From Candidatus Methylomirabilales bacterium (GTDB lineage Bacteria; Methylomirabilota; Methylomirabilia; Methylomirabilales; CSP1-5), in the NCBI GenBank assembly GCA_046758505.1, contig JBHIAH010000018.1, forward strand, positions 1-38,843: a stretch of DNA of 38,843 nt, read 5' to 3'. This document shows, one piece after another, positions 35,947 to 38,843 of the stretch. The notes under the pieces were generated by a model. That model made no database searches. It worked only from the letters and a program-made list of their open reading frames with translations, and was not told the origin of the DNA. The stretch's first letter is position 1, and the number at the start of each line of letters is the position of its first letter. The position numbers and the translations under genes were made by a program.

Positions 35947-37144
35947 GGCAGAGCTCCCGCAGGAAAGAGGCCGCATCGGAGACGATGCCAATCCCCTGGA
36001 AGGTCCCCCGATCGGCGAGCTTCGTCACGACTGCCGGATTGATGTCCACGCAGATGGTCTTAACCGTGGCGCGAAGGAGGTTCCCCGTAGCAATCGCATG
36101 GAGGGTCGAGCCGATCATAAGGGCCAGGCCCACCTCTTTCAGGTTGCGGCGCATCTCGTCCTGGGCTCTCAGCACGTCGGTGATCACGTCCGGTAGGGGG
36201 CCATCGTCTCTGATGGACCCGGCCAACACAAACGGAACGCGGTGCGTGACGCACGCGTGCATGATGCCCCTGGCCAGAAGGCCTTTGCGCACCGCCTGAC
36301 GGATCCCGCCGCAGGCGCGAATCGTGTTGATGGCGCGCATGTGATGGTCATGCGCGTCCCTGGCCGGGACCCCCCGATCGAGCGAGACGCCAAGCGAGGT
36401 GCCAAACAGCGCCGACTCGATGTCATGGACGGCGAGCCCATTTCCGCCAAACAGGACATCAACATATTTGGCCTCGATCAGCCGCTCCAAGTCCGGTCCG
36501 CCTCCGGTATGGACGATGGCTGGGCCTCCGACGACGAGGATCTTTCCCCCCGCGTGCTTGGTGGCCCGCATCGCCCTTGCCACGCCATCGATGAGTAGGG
36601 CCTTCGGCTTCTCTGAGGAAACAGCGCTTCCCATGAACTGGAAGACATCCTTATGCCGCGATCGCTCGAGCGGGGTGACTTGGACTCCGGCTGTGCCGCA
36701 GACCACAAGATCCCCTTTCTTGACGTGGGACAGGGGCACGCAGGAGGCGCGAGCGGTCCGGGGATCGATCACAATACCGGAGTCCATCTCGATATTCTCC
36801 ACCGGCCGCCAGCTTCCCTGATACCGCACAGAGGTGGGCAGATTCGTTGTTGAGTAGAACTTTGATGGGAAGACCCCGTCTTGGCGTGCGCGGACTAGAT
36901 GGACGTCGCGCAGGGCCAGCGGTGTGGCTCCCAACCTGGCCAGGCGTTTCAGCATCGCCTGGAGCTTGTGCTGGGAACTTGCACTGACTTTCAGCTGGGC
37001 TGTCGAGCTATCCGTTTTGCGTTTGCCGATGGCAATCTCGAGGATCTCGAATGTTCCCTCGAGATCAATAATCTCATCAAGAATCTTTGGGAGGGTCAGT
37101 GAATCGAGAATATGCCCACTGACCTGGACTGTTTCAGAGACCAT
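35921..37144 (-). CDS. TIGR00300-like ornithine cyclodeaminase (ArgZ/AgrE C-domain type)
   Basis: GHILDSL, FYSTTN, EMD, FMGSAVSSEKP, GN.LAVHDIE, LAGSIRDDGPLPD and DRG motifs. Confidence 0.88.
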   Translation of the reverse strand: MVSETVQVSGHILDSLTLPKILDEIIDLEGTFEILEIAIGKRKTDSSTAQLKVSASSQHKLQAMLKRLARLGATPLALRDVHLVRARQDGVFPSKFYSTTNLPTSVRYQGSWRPVENIEMDSGIVIDPRTARASCVPLSHVKKGDLVVCGTAGVQVTPLERSRHKDVFQFMGSAVSSEKPKALLIDGVARAMRATKHAGGKILVVGGPAIVHTGGGPDLERLIEAKYVDVLFGGNGLAVHDIESALFGTSLGVSLDRGVPARDAHDHHMRAINTIRACGGIRQAVRKGLLARGIMHACVTHRVPFVLAGSIRDDGPLPDVITDVLRAQDEMRRNLKEVGLALMIGSTLHAIATGNLLRATVKTICVDINPAVVTKLADRGTFQGIGIVSDAASFLRELCHDLKLARR

Positions 37145-37274
37145 CTTCCGTCGCAGCATAGTTTGTGCGCTCTGGCCCGGGAGGTGCATTCACCGGTTGA
37201 GGGTCTACGGTACCTATCCACCGCGGAATTGCGGTTCGAAATGAGCCCACGGATCTCCCCGCACTCCTTGCTCG

Positions 37275-37358
37275 CTAGTATAGCACCTCCACCCCCGCCT
37301 CGAGGCTATTTGCCAGTCGGGCAGCGAGGCGGTATCCGACCCCCGCCACCCGGCTCAT
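37275..37358 (-). CDS. Candidate 27-aa ORF with strong RBS (small protein or gene stub)
   Basis: AGGAGGAGG-gga-ATG; MSRVAGVGYRLAARLANSLEAGVEVLY-TAG; directly downstream of leader copy G. Confidence 0.35.
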   Translation of the reverse strand: MSRVAGVGYRLAARLANSLEAGVEVLY

Positions 37359-37400
37359 TCCCCTCCTCCTACCTTTGAGGCGATGGGCGGTCGCCCGTCT

Positions 37401-37602
37401 CAAAATGTAAAACGCCCTCCCGGGCTTTAATTCGCCCGAGAGGCCGTCTGAATGCTTGGTGCGCCAACGATTGTCCCGGAGGGGGGCCGGGAGCTATGAT
37501 CACCCCGGATTCATTAATAGTACCTGTTGAGAGTTGAGTGCTTGTTCCGGAATCAGCCACGCGACACGCCTAAGGGCCGCCAACCGTCCTCAAAAACTAC
37601 CC
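37401..37602 (-). ncRNA. Repeated leader module copy G
   Basis: CCCTTAGGCGTGTCGCGTG; CAGGTACTATTA ATG AAT CCG GGG TGA (37500-37514); hairpin with T-tract; promoter block diverged. Confidence 0.65.
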
Positions 37603-37732
37603 TCTTCCTTTGCCCCTGGCGGTTTCTTGATCTCTCTTCCGATAATCTGCACGCCAGAAATGGAAAATGAGGTCCCAGGAAATCAGTCAGTTACCTCTTC
37701 AAAGGTGTCCGGTACCTTTAGCCGCATACAGG

Positions 37733-38638
37733 CTAGAGCCGATTTGAGCCGCTGAACCGATTCTTTTTTAGGATCTTGAGGGCAGCCTTTTGAACCTTGA
37801 TGTCCGAGTCCTTGAGGAGGGGTTCAATGTCGCCTCGCAATGATTCCAGAACACCCTCGCCCACGTGTTCGGCCAGTCTCTTTAGTGCCAGTTCTCGAAT
37901 CCGGCCGTCTTTGTCCTTCAGGCATCTCCGGTACACCTCAAGGGACTTTTGGACCTCGGTCACCGGTCTCAAACAGACCAAAACCTCAAAGCGGAGTTCG
38001 GGATCCTCGTGCTCCAAGTACCTGAGATAGACCTCCCTGACTTCTTCCTCCTTGGAAGTGAATCGCCAGAGGTTGAAGAGGATGCTGCTCTTTTGTGCTC
38101 CGGACCCATGGTCCAGTCGGTCCACAAGCAGTCCCAGGATCCGATCGTCCCGCAGATTGCACAGCGCATTCACCGCGGTTTGCTGAATGCGCACATCGCT
38201 GTCATAGAGCCGCTCGATCAACGGAATCGCCGCCTGAACATTCCCCTCCCATCCCAGGGCGAAGGTCGCATGGAGCCTCCGCTCCGCATCTGCGCTTTCG
38301 ATCTCTTGGAGCAATCTGGCGGTGAGCGGCTGGGGGTCCTTCACAAACCGACCGATCACACTCAACTGAACGGCGGCATCGTGGCGCACTTCTTCGTCCT
38401 CCGAAGGATCGGTCATCATGTCGTAGAGCGGCCACACGACCGCCTCCTTCGCGAAGCTCCCGAGCAGGACCATGATGCTCCGCTTCAAATCCCGGTCGGC
38501 GAACTTCATGGCCTTGAGCAGCAGCGGGATGGCCTGATCGGCCTCCTCCGCAAATAATGCGACGGATTCGACGTATTGCTTGGCCTTCTCAAGAATACGC
38601 GCTCTCGGGTCGAATTCGATGACACGCTTCTTTTTCAT
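37733..38638 (-). CDS. HEAT-repeat protein
   Basis: Repeated ~31-aa units (AIPLL..L.D.D..VR..A..AL). Confidence 0.85.
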   Translation of the reverse strand: MKKKRVIEFDPRARILEKAKQYVESVALFAEEADQAIPLLLKAMKFADRDLKRSIMVLLGSFAKEAVVWPLYDMMTDPSEDEEVRHDAAVQLSVIGRFVKDPQPLTARLLQEIESADAERRLHATFALGWEGNVQAAIPLIERLYDSDVRIQQTAVNALCNLRDDRILGLLVDRLDHGSGAQKSSILFNLWRFTSKEEEVREVYLRYLEHEDPELRFEVLVCLRPVTEVQKSLEVYRRCLKDKDGRIRELALKRLAEHVGEGVLESLRGDIEPLLKDSDIKVQKAALKILKKNRFSGSNRL

Positions 38639-38843
38639 CGCGTTGGCCTTCCGTACGCACAAGGGGTCGGGAGTCTTTTTATCGGCTTCAACCCCTGCAA
38701 AGCCCAATGTGCGGCTGTCTCAACCGACCGATCTGACGTAGCAGGTTCGGGAATGTCAAGATTCAAGACCTGACCCTCGATCCTCTCTCGCGCGACGCCG
38801 CGATCCAGCAGGGCCGCTGTCATCTCGATGGCGTGGCTCGGCA
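38635..38843 (-). CDS. Possible 3' end of a CDS entering from the right edge
   Basis: Open frame from the window edge to a TGA overlapping the HEAT gene ATG (ATGA); no recognisable motif. Confidence 0.3.
   Translation of the reverse strand, partial: PSHAIEMTAALLDRGVARERIEGQVLNLDIPEPATSDRSVETAAHWALQGLKPIKRLPTPCAYGRPTR
38752..38778 (+). repeat. 27-bp direct repeat, copy 2
   Basis: Identical to 34748-34774. Confidence 0.75.

Noticed and set aside
24283..37602. Repeated leader as a known riboswitch (c-di-AMP, ZTP, guanidine-IV, T-box, TPP)
   Set aside because: Only fragments match (GGGGUGAAU; UGUCGCGUG and ACCGGGG). The required GCUGAAUCC/CAGCUAAC, CGCCUGGGC, GGUGGNACC and CUGAGA cores are absent.

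Overview
High-GC bacterial chromosomal window with no rRNA, tRNA, CRISPR array, integrase or transposase visible. 1-19 kb is mostly housekeeping-type genes: rlpA, an ECF sigma / zinc anti-sigma / DUF3106 operon, M29 aminopeptidase, RHH-PIN toxin-antitoxin pair, GGCT-like and TPR genes, an HDAC-family gene, rtcA, FlK-like thioesterase, glycerate and tartronate-semialdehyde reductases, NUDIX, plsY, HpnA-like epimerase, class III aminotransferase, glutaredoxin-like and DinB genes. 19-38.8 kb is a variable region of mostly minus-strand, unrelated single genes, ending in a split arginine dihydrolase / ornithine cyclodeaminase pair, a putA remnant and a HEAT-repeat gene. Two signals stand out. (1) A ~235-250-nt non-coding module occurs five times near full length and twice partially, each time upstream of an unrelated gene or ORF. 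It reads promoter-like TTGACA-N18/19-TAGAAA, hairpins, an M-x-P-G-stop micro-ORF, a putative antiterminator and an intrinsic terminator. Two copies are 236/237 identical and bracket one gene. It looks like an attenuator or sRNA family that I do not recognise. (2) The HDAC-family gene has one in-frame TGA followed by a SECIS-like hairpin, making it a candidate selenoprotein. Also seen: a displaced copy of the HDAC 3' end (insertion scar), heptamer inverted repeats bracketing garR, a 27-bp direct repeat bracketing the arginine genes, and small ORFs below the track cut-off. All family calls come from motif recognition by eye; no database search was run.
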